This document shows, in pieces, positions 1-8,778 of a stretch of DNA of 32,000 nt. A program made the position numbers and the translations under genes. Origin of the DNA: Archaeoglobus fulgidus DSM 4304 (lineage in GTDB: Archaea > Halobacteriota > Archaeoglobi > Archaeoglobales > Archaeoglobaceae); the NCBI RefSeq assembly GCF_000008665.1, contig NC_000917.1, positions 840,001 to 872,000 of the forward strand, given 5' to 3'. The stretch's first letter is position 1. Each line of letters opens with the position of its first letter. The notes under the pieces are model-generated. The model was not told where the DNA came from and did not search any database. It saw nothing but the letters and a program-made list of their open reading frames with translations.

Positions 1-84
1 CTTGAAGAGGCAAAGAAGGTGTTTGAGAACACGATTATCGCTGAGGATTTTATGAGCCTTGAGGTCACCTTCGATGAGAGCTAA
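1..84 (+). CDS. 3' end of an unidentified protein-coding gene, truncated by the window edge
   Basis: Frame 1 reads [27 protein letters not shown] then TAA (82-84). The end overlaps the convergent stop of the next gene by 4 nt. Confidence 0.6.
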   Translation, partial: LEEAKKVFENTIIAEDFMSLEVTFDES

Positions 85-1163
85 ATCACGCCAAGCTCGG
101 AAAGTCTCTCCGGAAGATAGACATCGGTAACGTAGTCCAAACCGTACTTTGCCAGGGCCTGCTGCTCTGACTTCTTGTTTATCTCGAGCTGCAGGTTTAC
201 CTCCTTCTTCCAGAACTCGGAGTCAAAGCGTGGGTCGGTAAGAATGGCGTTGAGAGCTTTGATGTCTTCCTCCGTAAGCTTGTCAGCTGGCAGGTCATAC
301 TTGACGATGTCCGTCGGCCTTATTCCGACAAACTGCGCAGCTGGGGTGGCGAGATACTCGGAAAGGTGGGCGGATTTGATGCTTCCGTAAGCTACGCTGG
401 CGAAGATTCTGTAGCTCCAGGGGTCGCCATCGGTGAAGACAACAACCGGCAAATTTAGCTCAGTGTTGAGCCTCCTGAGTAGCCTCCTGGTGCTTCTCGC
501 AGGCTGGCCCTTCAGATGGACTATGATTGCATCGTACTTCTCATCAAATCCGTTCTCCACAAGCCTGTCCCTCATACCGCCGGTTTCAATGGCGATGACG
601 AACTTGGCGTCGTGGTCAACGAACTCAATCTTGTCCACATTGACAGGAATCTGGTAACCTCCCTCTCCGACATCATCCTGGCAGTGTATCTCCCTCACTC
701 CTCTTCTTGTCTCTTCCCTGACTCTCAGAGGGCCGATGACGGTGGCACCATCTTCCTCAGGGCGGATGTGAAAGTGCTCCCTCTGGAAGTTCGTAAGAAT
801 TTCGAGGTCCTCAACAAGCCTGTCGCTCTCCGGCTGCTCTTCAAACTTCGCCGCCCCCCAGCCCTCAGAGATGTAGTAAAGCTCTCTGAGGGTTGAGGAC
901 TTGTTGAGGTTAAGCTGCTCCTTGAGGAAGCCGATAACATACGTCATCTTGAGGATTCTGTACGCACCCTTAACGGTTTTAGCCGACCTTACGGATTTCC
1001 TGTCACCGTAAACCCAAACCTCACTTTCCTCATTAAACTCGATGTTGTACTTGGTTCTCGTTGCAATGTGAAGCTCGGGAACCTGCCCAGCCTTCATCTG
1101 GTCGTATATGTTCTGAACTATACCGATTAAAGCCCGCAAGCATCTCCGCTCTATCTCTTTCAT
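81..1163 (-). CDS. top6A: DNA topoisomerase VI subunit A (Spo11/Top6A family)
   Basis: 360-aa ORF with recognisable Top6A sequence: [12 protein letters not shown] (catalytic Tyr region) and a Toprim-like segment [18 protein letters not shown]...[15 protein letters not shown]. Confidence 0.96.
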   Translation of the reverse strand: MKEIERRCLRALIGIVQNIYDQMKAGQVPELHIATRTKYNIEFNEESEVWVYGDRKSVRSAKTVKGAYRILKMTYVIGFLKEQLNLNKSSTLRELYYISEGWGAAKFEEQPESDRLVEDLEILTNFQREHFHIRPEEDGATVIGPLRVREETRRGVREIHCQDDVGEGGYQIPVNVDKIEFVDHDAKFVIAIETGGMRDRLVENGFDEKYDAIIVHLKGQPARSTRRLLRRLNTELNLPVVVFTDGDPWSYRIFASVAYGSIKSAHLSEYLATPAAQFVGIRPTDIVKYDLPADKLTEEDIKALNAILTDPRFDSEFWKKEVNLQLEINKKSEQQALAKYGLDYVTDVYLPERLSELGVI

Positions 1164-1184
1164 TAAAAATGCATTATCGCAACG

Positions 1185-1193
1185 GATTTATAG
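1185..1193. promoter_or_regulatory. Candidate shared TATA element between divergent genes
   Basis: GATTTATAG reads as CTATAAATC on the minus strand. Its centre is about 26-27 nt from both divergent start codons (1163 and 1216). Confidence 0.45.
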
Positions 1194-1215
1194 CCCTTAC
1201 CAATAACTCAATCTG

Positions 1216-1560
1216 ATGCTCTACATCAATTCGTTTCTTGACAGAATGGGAGAGATTATTAGAGGAGAAAAGAGCGTTGAGGAGGCGGACAAGCTTTTAG
1301 ACCAGAAAAACATCTTTGAAATGTTCAGGAGTGACTGCGAGGAAATATTAAACCTTTACAAAAGCGGTAAGGCTGAGAAAGAGGAGGTTCAGAGAAACTT
1401 CTACCTCCTCAAAACGTACGTTGTTTCCCAGCTTTCGATTCACTTCGAAAGATTGAAGGAGTTCGCCGAAAGCAAGGGTTTCAAAATTGAAAAGAAGCTT
1501 GATCCCGAAGTGATAAACGAAATAGCTCTCTACATCGACAGAGTAGAGAAGGAAGTATGA
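1216..1560 (+). CDS. Small uncharacterised, probably helical protein (114 aa)
   Basis: Complete ORF with charged helical composition, overlapping the surE start by 4 nt (ATGA). Confidence 0.75.
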   Translation: MLYINSFLDRMGEIIRGEKSVEEADKLLDQKNIFEMFRSDCEEILNLYKSGKAEKEEVQRNFYLLKTYVVSQLSIHFERLKEFAESKGFKIEKKLDPEVINEIALYIDRVEKEV

Positions 1561-2342
1561 AAATCCTCTTAACTAACGACGACGGGCTTTACTCCGCCGG
1601 ACTTAAAGCCGCTTATGACGCGTTGAGCGAGCTTGGGGAGGTTTTTGTTGTAGCCCCAGCAGTGCAGAGGAGCGGTGTTGGGAGAAGCCTTTCCATAATG
1701 GAGCCGATAAGGGTTTCGGAGGTTAAAGTAAACGGGATGAGAGTTTTTGCGGTTGACGGCACCCCCACCGACTCAGTAATCATTGGAATGTACGAGGTAA
1801 TCGGAGAGATTCCCGATTTAGCGGTCAGCGGAATTAATTTAGGGGAAAATCTCTCAACAGAGGCCGCTACAACCTCAGGCACTGTTGGCGCAGCGCTTGA
1901 AGCAGCAACCCACGGAAGCAAAACCATAGCCATCTCCCTGCAAATGCCTGACGTGAGCAAGTTCGAGCTGACGAGCAAGGCCGATTTTAGCTTTGCATCC
2001 AAGGTGCTGCGGGGTATAGCGGAAATTGTGCTTTACAAAGGATTGCCTGAGGGTGTGGACTTGTTGAACGTTAACGTTCCGGCAAAGCCGAACGGAAAAA
2101 TTGCTGTAACGAGGCTCGCAAGAAGAATGTACAGAGTAAGCGTCGAGAAGAGGCTGGATCCGAGAGGGAGGGAGTACTACTGGATTTATGGAGAGGAAAC
2201 GGAGGATGCGGAGGAGGGGACTGACATCCACGCACTCAGGCAGGGGTACGTGAGCATCACGCCCCTGAAAATCGACCTGACAGCTTCGGTTGAGTTTGAT
2301 ATAGTAGAAGGGTGGTTTGATGGACTCGAGTGGGAAGTATAA
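1557..2342 (+). CDS. surE: 5'/3'-nucleotidase SurE
   Basis: N-terminal MKILLTNDDGLYSAGL motif, then VVAPAVQRSGVGRSLS and SGINLGENL, typical of SurE. Confidence 0.97.
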   Translation: MKILLTNDDGLYSAGLKAAYDALSELGEVFVVAPAVQRSGVGRSLSIMEPIRVSEVKVNGMRVFAVDGTPTDSVIIGMYEVIGEIPDLAVSGINLGENLSTEAATTSGTVGAALEAATHGSKTIAISLQMPDVSKFELTSKADFSFASKVLRGIAEIVLYKGLPEGVDLLNVNVPAKPNGKIAVTRLARRMYRVSVEKRLDPRGREYYWIYGEETEDAEEGTDIHALRQGYVSITPLKIDLTASVEFDIVEGWFDGLEWEV

Positions 2343-2997
2343 CGCCGCAAAGCTTGCTCTTGAGCTTGTAAAGGATGGCATGGTTCTCGGAATAGGGAGT
2401 GGTTCTACAGTTGAGGTGTTTCTGAACCTGCTCGGAGACAAAATAAGGGAGGAGGGACTGGAAATCTACGGAATTCCATCATCATACCAGTCCTACTTCG
2501 CTGCGATCAGGAATGGGGTTGAAATTGTTGACCTGGTTGAGTTCGAGCCGGACCTGTGCATTGACGGGGCTGATCAGGTAGATGCCAAGCTGAACTGCAT
2601 AAAGGGCGGCGGGGGAGCGATGACGAGGGAAAAAATCGTTGCCAAGGCGAGCAGGAAGGTTGTGATAATCGTGGACGAGAGCAAGCTTGTGGAAAAACTG
2701 TCAATGCCTGTGCCGGTTGAAGTGCTGCCCTTCGCTTACGGATGGGTTCTGAGGGAGATTGAGAAAATGGGATGCAAGGCAAGGCTGAGGGAAGGAAAGG
2801 GAAAGATTGGGCCGGTGATAACGGATAACGGAAATTTTGTTGTGGACTGCGACTTTGGTGTTATAGAAGAGGATAGGGTTGAGGGTTTGGAGGGTGAGAT
2901 AAAGCTGATTAGCGGGGTTGTCGAGAACGGTATCTTTTCGAAAGAGCTGATAGATGCTGTAATTGCTGGGTCAAGTCGATCTGCAAGATTTCTTTAA
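2320..2997 (+). CDS. rpiA: Ribose-5-phosphate isomerase A
   Basis: VLGIGSGSTVEVFL, CIDGADQVD and KGGGGAMTREKIVA motifs. ATG at 2320; the track starts at an upstream TTG (2317). Overlaps the surE end. Confidence 0.95.
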   Translation: MDSSGKYNAAKLALELVKDGMVLGIGSGSTVEVFLNLLGDKIREEGLEIYGIPSSYQSYFAAIRNGVEIVDLVEFEPDLCIDGADQVDAKLNCIKGGGGAMTREKIVAKASRKVVIIVDESKLVEKLSMPVPVEVLPFAYGWVLREIEKMGCKARLREGKGKIGPVITDNGNFVVDCDFGVIEEDRVEGLEGEIKLISGVVENGIFSKELIDAVIAGSSRSARFL

Positions 2998-3001
2998 ACT
3001 T

Positions 3002-4060
3002 CTACCATTTGTCTCTCCTCCTTATGCTTACGATGGTGTAGACTGTCACTATTATAACTGCAACACCCCCAGCTATGATGGCCAGCGTTACTAAATCAAA
3101 TTCAAAGGTGTTCTTTACGTTGATTGATTCTTTCAGAGTCTCAGCCCTTACCTTCAGCGACGTAAGGTTGCTGCTTATGCTCTCAATTTTTTCATCAGCA
3201 GCGGAGAACTGCCCCTTGGAAACAAGCTCAACAAGCTCATCAATCTCGTTATCAAGCTGCTCCCTCTGCAGAGTCAGGTTTCTCCATTCCTCCATCATTT
3301 CATCGTAATTCTCAATTTTTTCCCTATCGTAATCAAGCCGGTACTGAATAAAGGCAAGGGTGGTCGTGATTTTTGACAGCTGTGATTTGAGGTCATCGAT
3401 CTCCTCATCGTATTTCTCCTTCAGGGTTCTGAAATGGCACTCGTTGATTGCCTCTTCAACCTCAGCGAGAAGTTTCTCAGCCTCAGAATACTTCCCCTCG
3501 TTGTAAAGCGTCTTTGCCTCCCTGAGCTTCTTCTCGTCGGCACAGCTTTCCTTTTCAAATTCCTTTAAGTCTGAGTAGAACTTCTGCTTATTCACAACAG
3601 TAATCTGAAGGTCAAAGAGCTCCTCATCGGCAGTGACTTTCAGAGCTGAGATGTTCTCCAGTCTTTTTTCTATTACGGGAACGTAGCCACTTACAGCAAC
3701 CTGAATTTCCTCAACTCCATCGTCAGTTTCAGGAATGTAGAAGGAAAGTGTTGTTCCGTTAATTTTTTCGTAATCATCGTCAGGAGCCGGGTGAAGATGC
3801 TTCTTCCCGTCCTTGAACTCCACGGTGACGGTAATTGCCGAGGAGTCGAGGTTTGTTAAAAAGGTGTACTCCGTGTCATCAGCCTGCTTTGAGTCGCTTG
3901 ATGAGGCCGGAATAATTGTGCATGTGAAGTAGAGGTACTCCCCGCCAAAATAGTAGTCATCGAACGTTTTTGAGCATGAGTAATCAAAATCGAAGGCTGA
4001 AGCCGGGATGGTCAGGATTGCTGCTAAAGTCGCAATCAGTAAGAGTGACTTTGCTCGCAT
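3002..4060 (-). CDS. Secreted/membrane-anchored surface protein: signal peptide, N-terminal beta-rich domain, coiled coil, C-terminal TM and basic tail
   Basis: Starting at the internal Met gives MRAKSLLLIATLAAILTIPASA (signal peptide). C-terminus is VTLAIIAGGVAVIIVTVYTIVSIRRRDKW. Clear similarity to the neighbouring 4116..5321 product. Start chosen over the track start (4147) because of the signal peptide. Confidence 0.8.
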   Translation of the reverse strand: MRAKSLLLIATLAAILTIPASAFDFDYSCSKTFDDYYFGGEYLYFTCTIIPASSSDSKQADDTEYTFLTNLDSSAITVTVEFKDGKKHLHPAPDDDYEKINGTTLSFYIPETDDGVEEIQVAVSGYVPVIEKRLENISALKVTADEELFDLQITVVNKQKFYSDLKEFEKESCADEKKLREAKTLYNEGKYSEAEKLLAEVEEAINECHFRTLKEKYDEEIDDLKSQLSKITTTLAFIQYRLDYDREKIENYDEMMEEWRNLTLQREQLDNEIDELVELVSKGQFSAADEKIESISSNLTSLKVRAETLKESINVKNTFEFDLVTLAIIAGGVAVIIVTVYTIVSIRRRDKW

Positions 4061-4115
4061 GTTAAAATTTATACAACGAGAATTTAAAATTTTCGAGAAA
4101 ATTAAAAATGAAGGG

Positions 4116-5321
4116 TTACCTGAGTTCGTCCCACTTTCTCCTGCCACCCCTGAGTTTGATGGCAGCTACAATGGCCACTGCTGCCACAACCAAAGCCGCT
4201 GCCAGGTAAAGGGGCGAGATCGGAAGTTCAACATTCAGCGCTGGAAGCCCAAAACCCCCCTGCGTTGGCGACGATGTAACCTCAGCGTCAACCTTCTCCC
4301 TGAGAGTCATTATGTCTGAAAGAAGACTGCTAATGTCGTCTTCCAGCTCTTTAAAGGAGTTGTAGGCATCGGAGTACTTCCCGTCCTTGTAAAGATCGTC
4401 GGCAGCATCGTAATCCTTTTTAACGTCATCATACCTGCTCTTGAGCTCAGCGTAGCTTTGGAGATAATTCGTGTAGTTCTGGCTGTTCTCAATTTTGTTC
4501 AGGGCAACCTCAAGCATGCTGAGGTTCAGGTAGGCATTATCAAGGCTGTCTTTCAATTTGGACCTTAGCGTTTCGGCCTTTAGCCTGTCAGCCTGAGATG
4601 CGATTTCATCGAGCTTTTCCTCAGCCTGATTAATTTTATCATCAGCTTCGAGGTACTTTCCCTGAATGTACAGATTATAGGCCTCGTCAAGGAGTGAATA
4701 GACCTCATCAAAGTCGGACTGGTTGTACGAAACGCCCGCCGAGTCAAGATCCGATTTCAGCTTGTCTGCGTCTGCCCTTACTTTGCTAATGTCCTCGCTG
4801 AACTTCTGCACGTTGACAACCTTCACTGTTAGAGGTGGGAGGGCGTCTTCTTCTGCCTGCTCTACTGAAACGCTGACAAGGTCAATCTCTTCAACCCTTT
4901 CTGTCACTGAAGGTATTCTGCCTGTTAAGTTCGCCTCTATGTATTTGACCCCTTTTAGCTCACCTTCAATGACCAAACCATAAACATCCACTTTTACCTT
5001 ATTGCCGGTGAAATCTTCGGACTTGGTTGCGCTGCCGTAATTGTAGCGAATGACTATTGTCCAGTACGGGTTTTCAAGAGCAGTTTCAAATGTGTATGTT
5101 CTGGGTGTTTTATAATCCTCACCTCCAATTAATTTCATATCGTCTTCGGTTTTTGGAAGAATAATGTAGTCAACTGACACAGTATCGCCAGGGAAATAGT
5201 AATCCTTCTCTGGACTCACCTGTGTATCAGGAGTGGCAAAGTTGTCTTTCGTAAGTGTCTCAAGAGCTGCAGTCGGTGCGATTAGAACCACGAGACACAG
5301 GATGAGCATCAGCTTTTTCAT
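4116..5321 (-). CDS. Secreted/membrane-anchored surface protein, paralog of the 3002..4060 product
   Basis: MKKLMLILCLVVLIAPTAAL signal peptide, long charged coiled-coil region, C-terminal TM PLYLAAALVVAAVAIVAAIKL followed by RGGRRKWDELR. Confidence 0.82.
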   Translation of the reverse strand: MKKLMLILCLVVLIAPTAALETLTKDNFATPDTQVSPEKDYYFPGDTVSVDYIILPKTEDDMKLIGGEDYKTPRTYTFETALENPYWTIVIRYNYGSATKSEDFTGNKVKVDVYGLVIEGELKGVKYIEANLTGRIPSVTERVEEIDLVSVSVEQAEEDALPPLTVKVVNVQKFSEDISKVRADADKLKSDLDSAGVSYNQSDFDEVYSLLDEAYNLYIQGKYLEADDKINQAEEKLDEIASQADRLKAETLRSKLKDSLDNAYLNLSMLEVALNKIENSQNYTNYLQSYAELKSRYDDVKKDYDAADDLYKDGKYSDAYNSFKELEDDISSLLSDIMTLREKVDAEVTSSPTQGGFGLPALNVELPISPLYLAAALVVAAVAIVAAIKLRGGRRKWDELR

Positions 5322-5358
5322 AACCAGAATACAGGCTCGTAGCTTAAAAACTTTATCA

Positions 5359-5380
5359 CAAAATAAAAAAGAGAAAAATT
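5359..5380 (-). terminator. Candidate T-rich archaeal terminator after the large surface-protein gene
   Basis: The minus strand downstream of the stop at 5388 reads CCCCAAATTTTTCTCTTTTTTATTTTG, with T-runs characteristic of archaeal termination. Confidence 0.45.
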
Positions 5381-5387
5381 TGGGGAA

Positions 5388-8300
5388 TTACTTCCTTCTC
5401 AGCAGGTACGCCACTGCCAGCAGGCCAGCAATGGCGAACACTGCCTCGAAGCCAGGCACTCCGCCGCCCTGCTGGGCTTCGGTTGTGGTTGTGACAGCTT
5501 CGGTTGTTGTGGTTTCTACTGCTGTGGTGGTTGTGGCAACTGTTGTGGTTGTAACGGCAGTCGTGGTTGTTACGACTGTTGTTGTAGTTGGTGCGGTTTC
5601 AAGGAGTTCGATTGTCTTGATTACGAGGACGTCATCGTCGGCCTTGTACATTGGAGCAAGTTCACTTGCCGGGTCAAGCATATAGTGTTCATCAACCCAA
5701 GTGTATTGGTCGGTTTCGCTGCAAGTATCCATTGTATCTCTCACGTAAACTTTGTAAGTTCCCGCGCTCATCCCATATGTTTCGAAGGTTACGGTAGCCT
5801 TGCCCTCGCTATTGAGAGTTGCAACCTGAGTAACCTTGTAATTTGTACCTACCAGAGTCACAAATATTTTGTCGTATCCTGCCTCAAGCCTGTCAGTAGT
5901 TATGTTGACAACTATCTCGTCACCAATCACCACAGGTGTGTTGACATCTACTTCGAACGTGAGCCCAAGGATTTCAATCAGCTTGTCCTCTGAATCCACC
6001 TTTTCTCCACCTAAGCTCTGCTTGAATCTAAGTTCAGCTGTCAGTACGTAAAGCCCCGGCTCAAGTGCGTCAAGGTTAAGTTTATTTTTCGCTATATCCC
6101 TGAGATCTACCGTCTTGTTGAAGTAGTTATTTGTATCTACGGAAGCCCAATCCGCTACTGTTGTATCTCTAACATTAGGCCCAGAGAGGACGAGCCTAAC
6201 TTCGACATTGTCCCTGTCACCGGGATCTGTAAGAACACTTACTTCAAACTTGGACTGGTATGGAACTTTGCTCGGAGCGGTGACTTCAACGATCTGCGGG
6301 TCGGTAACAGTGACTGCGATAATCTTCTGCGGGTCTGAGGCTTTATCGACTACTGAGATGTTAGCTGGTGCGTAGAAGTACAGATAGTATGTTCCAGTCT
6401 CCACCCCCGTAACGTTCACTGATATCTGGAAATCAATGTTGTCATTATCGTCAGGTTCCATGTAAGGAACATCGGTAGTGTTAATCTTAGATCCTTTAGT
6501 CTTCAGATCCACATCCGGGACTGGTGTATCACCAACCGTAAACACACCTGAATCGCTGGCATAGATGTAAACTCCGTCGGCAGTCGAGGATCCTGTAACT
6601 CTTATATCTCCACCTCTGGGAACTGTAGTTCTGTCGACGCTGATATCCAGCGTTTGCTTAACTACACTAACCCTAATGTCTGTTGAGATGCCCAAACCAG
6701 GAATTTCTGCTGTAAACTTGTAGTCAGTCAACGGAGCCTCTGTGTTGACATCAAGCTTTATTACAACATCGCCCAATGCGTCAACGTAATAAGTTTTTTC
6801 TTTTACGTCACAGTCTGGATCACCACTGCAGAAGGCCAAATCGTCTATCTTGAATTTCACTTCTGAATTAATTTTGAGGTTCGTGTCAATTGTGAATGTA
6901 ACTGTGTCACCTCTCGTGACAGTTGTCTTATCAGCTATGAGTTTTAACTCGGGCTTAACAACCTCGAACGTGGCAGTCTCAGTGTCCGTGTATTCTCCAA
7001 GAGAGTCGGACTGTATTTTCACTTCGGCGATGTAAAATCCAGTTTCAGTCGCAAAGTACTTACCAAAGTAGTCGATCTTGAATTTGAAGCTTCCATCCGA
7101 GTCGATGAGGGAGACAGCATTACTCTTAACTTTTCCTCCTGTTGAATCGTACACCTGATTGCTCAAAGTATCGTTGAATACCTCCTTACCTGAGAGGTCC
7201 TTTATAACCAGGTACGCCTTATTTTCCGCGGCATTGCTTCCACTATCATCTTCGGTACCCGACTTAGCCAAGTTAGTTGTACCCGTGATTACCAAGTCCT
7301 GTCCTTTGACATGCTGCGATGGAACGTCCAAGCTAAGGATCTTCGGCTTGACAACCTGGAACACAGCCGTTGCCTCAGCCCTGAGTTCACCCTCTCCGAC
7401 ATCTATTTTAGCAACATAAACCCCCTCTGGTCTGTCTTTTATTTGTATCCACCACTCGTCATCGCCGCAGGCTTCCTTCACAGTCCAAGCCCCTACAGTC
7501 GAAGCCCCTGGCTCGGGATAGCTACACAGCACCTCAGTCTGATTTGCACCTGTAATAAACACCGCAATTGGCTTTACTGCCTGATCCGTCGACATTGACG
7601 CACCCACTTTGATGTAATCTCCAAGAGCAACCACACTCTTACTGACGCTTATCGAGACCGTTGGCTTCTCAGCCGCTGTTGGTGTTGCTCTAAACACCAG
7701 CACATCAGAGAAGTTGGTGTCGTCCACAAACGCTACCACTACATAGTAACCTGGCTCCGTGGGTGTGAAATCCCAACTGTTAGAGCCGCCATCTTCTGGA
7801 AGAGAAATCGTCATCTTCGATTTGTCGAGAAGTGTAGCTACGTCAATCGTGGCCCCACTCCTTATGTTCCTGTAATCCGCCCATGAAACCACTGCAATCC
7901 TTCTTGTACCATCTTCTTTGGCATAGTAATTCCAATTGGCTTCAATGGTCACAGTCTCCCCAACGTTAACTTGGTCATCTGACAACTTCAACGACGGTAT
8001 TTTCAGTACATCCACAGATATCGGACCGTCATCTTTCAAGTCCAGCGTTGGAATCTGAGGGACATAGGATTCCGGTAGCTGAGTTGTCCAGAGAGTGAGC
8101 GTCACGTTTTGTAGATAGTCTGTTTTGTTTCCAACTGAGATGTTGGTCTGACTTGTGTCTGTTATTGTATATTCAATGCCACATGACATCCAACTGGTCG
8201 TGTTATTCGTCTGTGTTACACTACAGTAGTAATTATTCTTTATTTGCCCATTTACGTACAAGTACACTGTACCCGAAAGAGGCGTAGTGAGGTTAGTATT

Positions 8301-8498
8301 TTTCAGATAGACATCAGTAATGTTTATAGTCAGTGGAACCCTGCCGTAAGTTGGCGTTAAATTGAAATTCTCGACTGTCAGCTCGCCAGGATAAGTCGTG
8401 TTAACCGACACTTTAACCGACACTCCTGCCATCACTGGAGTCGCTGATATCACTAAAAGCGCCGCCATTATTACGCCTATTAATCCTACCCTTTTCAT
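5388..8498 (-). CDS. Large secreted cell-surface protein with repeated Ig-like domains, Thr-rich stalk and PGF-CTERM-like sorting tail (candidate S-layer or major surface glycoprotein)
   Basis: MKRVGLIGVIMAALLVISATPVMA signal peptide. Repeated segments such as ALGDYIKVGAS, TRGDTVTFTI, PRGGDIRVTGS, YQSKFEVSV and VIGDEIVVNI. C-terminal (T)n-rich stretch, then GGGVPGFEAVFAIAGLLAVAYLLRRK. Confidence 0.88.
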   Translation of the reverse strand: MKRVGLIGVIMAALLVISATPVMAGVSVKVSVNTTYPGELTVENFNLTPTYGRVPLTINITDVYLKNTNLTTPLSGTVYLYVNGQIKNNYYCSVTQTNNTTSWMSCGIEYTITDTSQTNISVGNKTDYLQNVTLTLWTTQLPESYVPQIPTLDLKDDGPISVDVLKIPSLKLSDDQVNVGETVTIEANWNYYAKEDGTRRIAVVSWADYRNIRSGATIDVATLLDKSKMTISLPEDGGSNSWDFTPTEPGYYVVVAFVDDTNFSDVLVFRATPTAAEKPTVSISVSKSVVALGDYIKVGASMSTDQAVKPIAVFITGANQTEVLCSYPEPGASTVGAWTVKEACGDDEWWIQIKDRPEGVYVAKIDVGEGELRAEATAVFQVVKPKILSLDVPSQHVKGQDLVITGTTNLAKSGTEDDSGSNAAENKAYLVIKDLSGKEVFNDTLSNQVYDSTGGKVKSNAVSLIDSDGSFKFKIDYFGKYFATETGFYIAEVKIQSDSLGEYTDTETATFEVVKPELKLIADKTTVTRGDTVTFTIDTNLKINSEVKFKIDDLAFCSGDPDCDVKEKTYYVDALGDVVIKLDVNTEAPLTDYKFTAEIPGLGISTDIRVSVVKQTLDISVDRTTVPRGGDIRVTGSSTADGVYIYASDSGVFTVGDTPVPDVDLKTKGSKINTTDVPYMEPDDNDNIDFQISVNVTGVETGTYYLYFYAPANISVVDKASDPQKIIAVTVTDPQIVEVTAPSKVPYQSKFEVSVLTDPGDRDNVEVRLVLSGPNVRDTTVADWASVDTNNYFNKTVDLRDIAKNKLNLDALEPGLYVLTAELRFKQSLGGEKVDSEDKLIEILGLTFEVDVNTPVVIGDEIVVNITTDRLEAGYDKIFVTLVGTNYKVTQVATLNSEGKATVTFETYGMSAGTYKVYVRDTMDTCSETDQYTWVDEHYMLDPASELAPMYKADDDVLVIKTIELLETAPTTTTVVTTTTAVTTTTVATTTTAVETTTTEAVTTTTEAQQGGGVPGFEAVFAIAGLLAVAYLLRRK

Positions 8499-8505
8499 AC
8501 TTCTC

Positions 8506-8512
8506 TACCTCC
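8506..8512 (-). promoter_or_regulatory. Shine-Dalgarno sequence of the large surface-protein gene
   Basis: AGGAGGT on the minus strand (AAAAGGAGGTAGAGAAGTATG), about 7 nt before the ATG at 8498. Confidence 0.75.
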
Positions 8513-8540
8513 TTTTCTCACCTTCCATCTCACCTTCAAC

Positions 8541-8550
8541 TATATAAATT
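8541..8550 (-). promoter_or_regulatory. Proximal candidate TATA box of the large surface-protein gene
   Basis: The minus strand reads GAGAATTTATATAGTTG, about 45 nt upstream of the ATG. Confidence 0.5.
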
Positions 8551-8563
8551 CTCCTGTTTTTAT

Positions 8564-8601
8564 GGCGGCGGGAAAGCTACAGCATCAGCTAACCCGCCGC
8601 C
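8564..8601 (-). promoter_or_regulatory. Strong inverted repeat/hairpin in the leader of the large surface-protein gene
   Basis: GGCGGCGGG (8564-8572) and CCCGCCGCC (8593-8601) form a perfect 9-bp G+C stem around a 20-nt loop, which itself contains AGCT...AGCT. Confidence 0.8.
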
Positions 8602-8624
8602 ACCGTAATTTAATGGTCCCTTCA

Positions 8625-8634
8625 TATATTTAAA
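8625..8634 (-). promoter_or_regulatory. Distal candidate TATA box of the large surface-protein gene
   Basis: The minus strand reads AAAAGGTTTAAATATATGAAG, upstream of the hairpin. Confidence 0.5.
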
Positions 8635-8778
8635 CCTTTTGCTTATGAGGAAGGAAATTGTAACAATCGATAGGTATTGAGGGAAGGCTGGGTTGAAAGG
8701 AAGTAAGGAGAGGGTATGACAAAAAAACTAACTGAACTGGAACGAAAGTTGAGGGATTCTGCCTGCTAGAGCTGCAAA

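Noticed and set aside
81-1163. Isolated topoisomerase VI A gene without subunit B as evidence of a Spo11-like or novel system
   Set aside because: Subunit genes can be unlinked in archaeal genomes, and the window edge prevents any conclusion about the B subunit.
5470-5610. Repetitive GTT/GGT/TGT-rich DNA resembling a tandem repeat array
   Set aside because: It encodes the Thr-rich stalk of the surface protein (TTTTTVVTTTTAV...), so it is coding low complexity rather than CRISPR or a mobile repeat.
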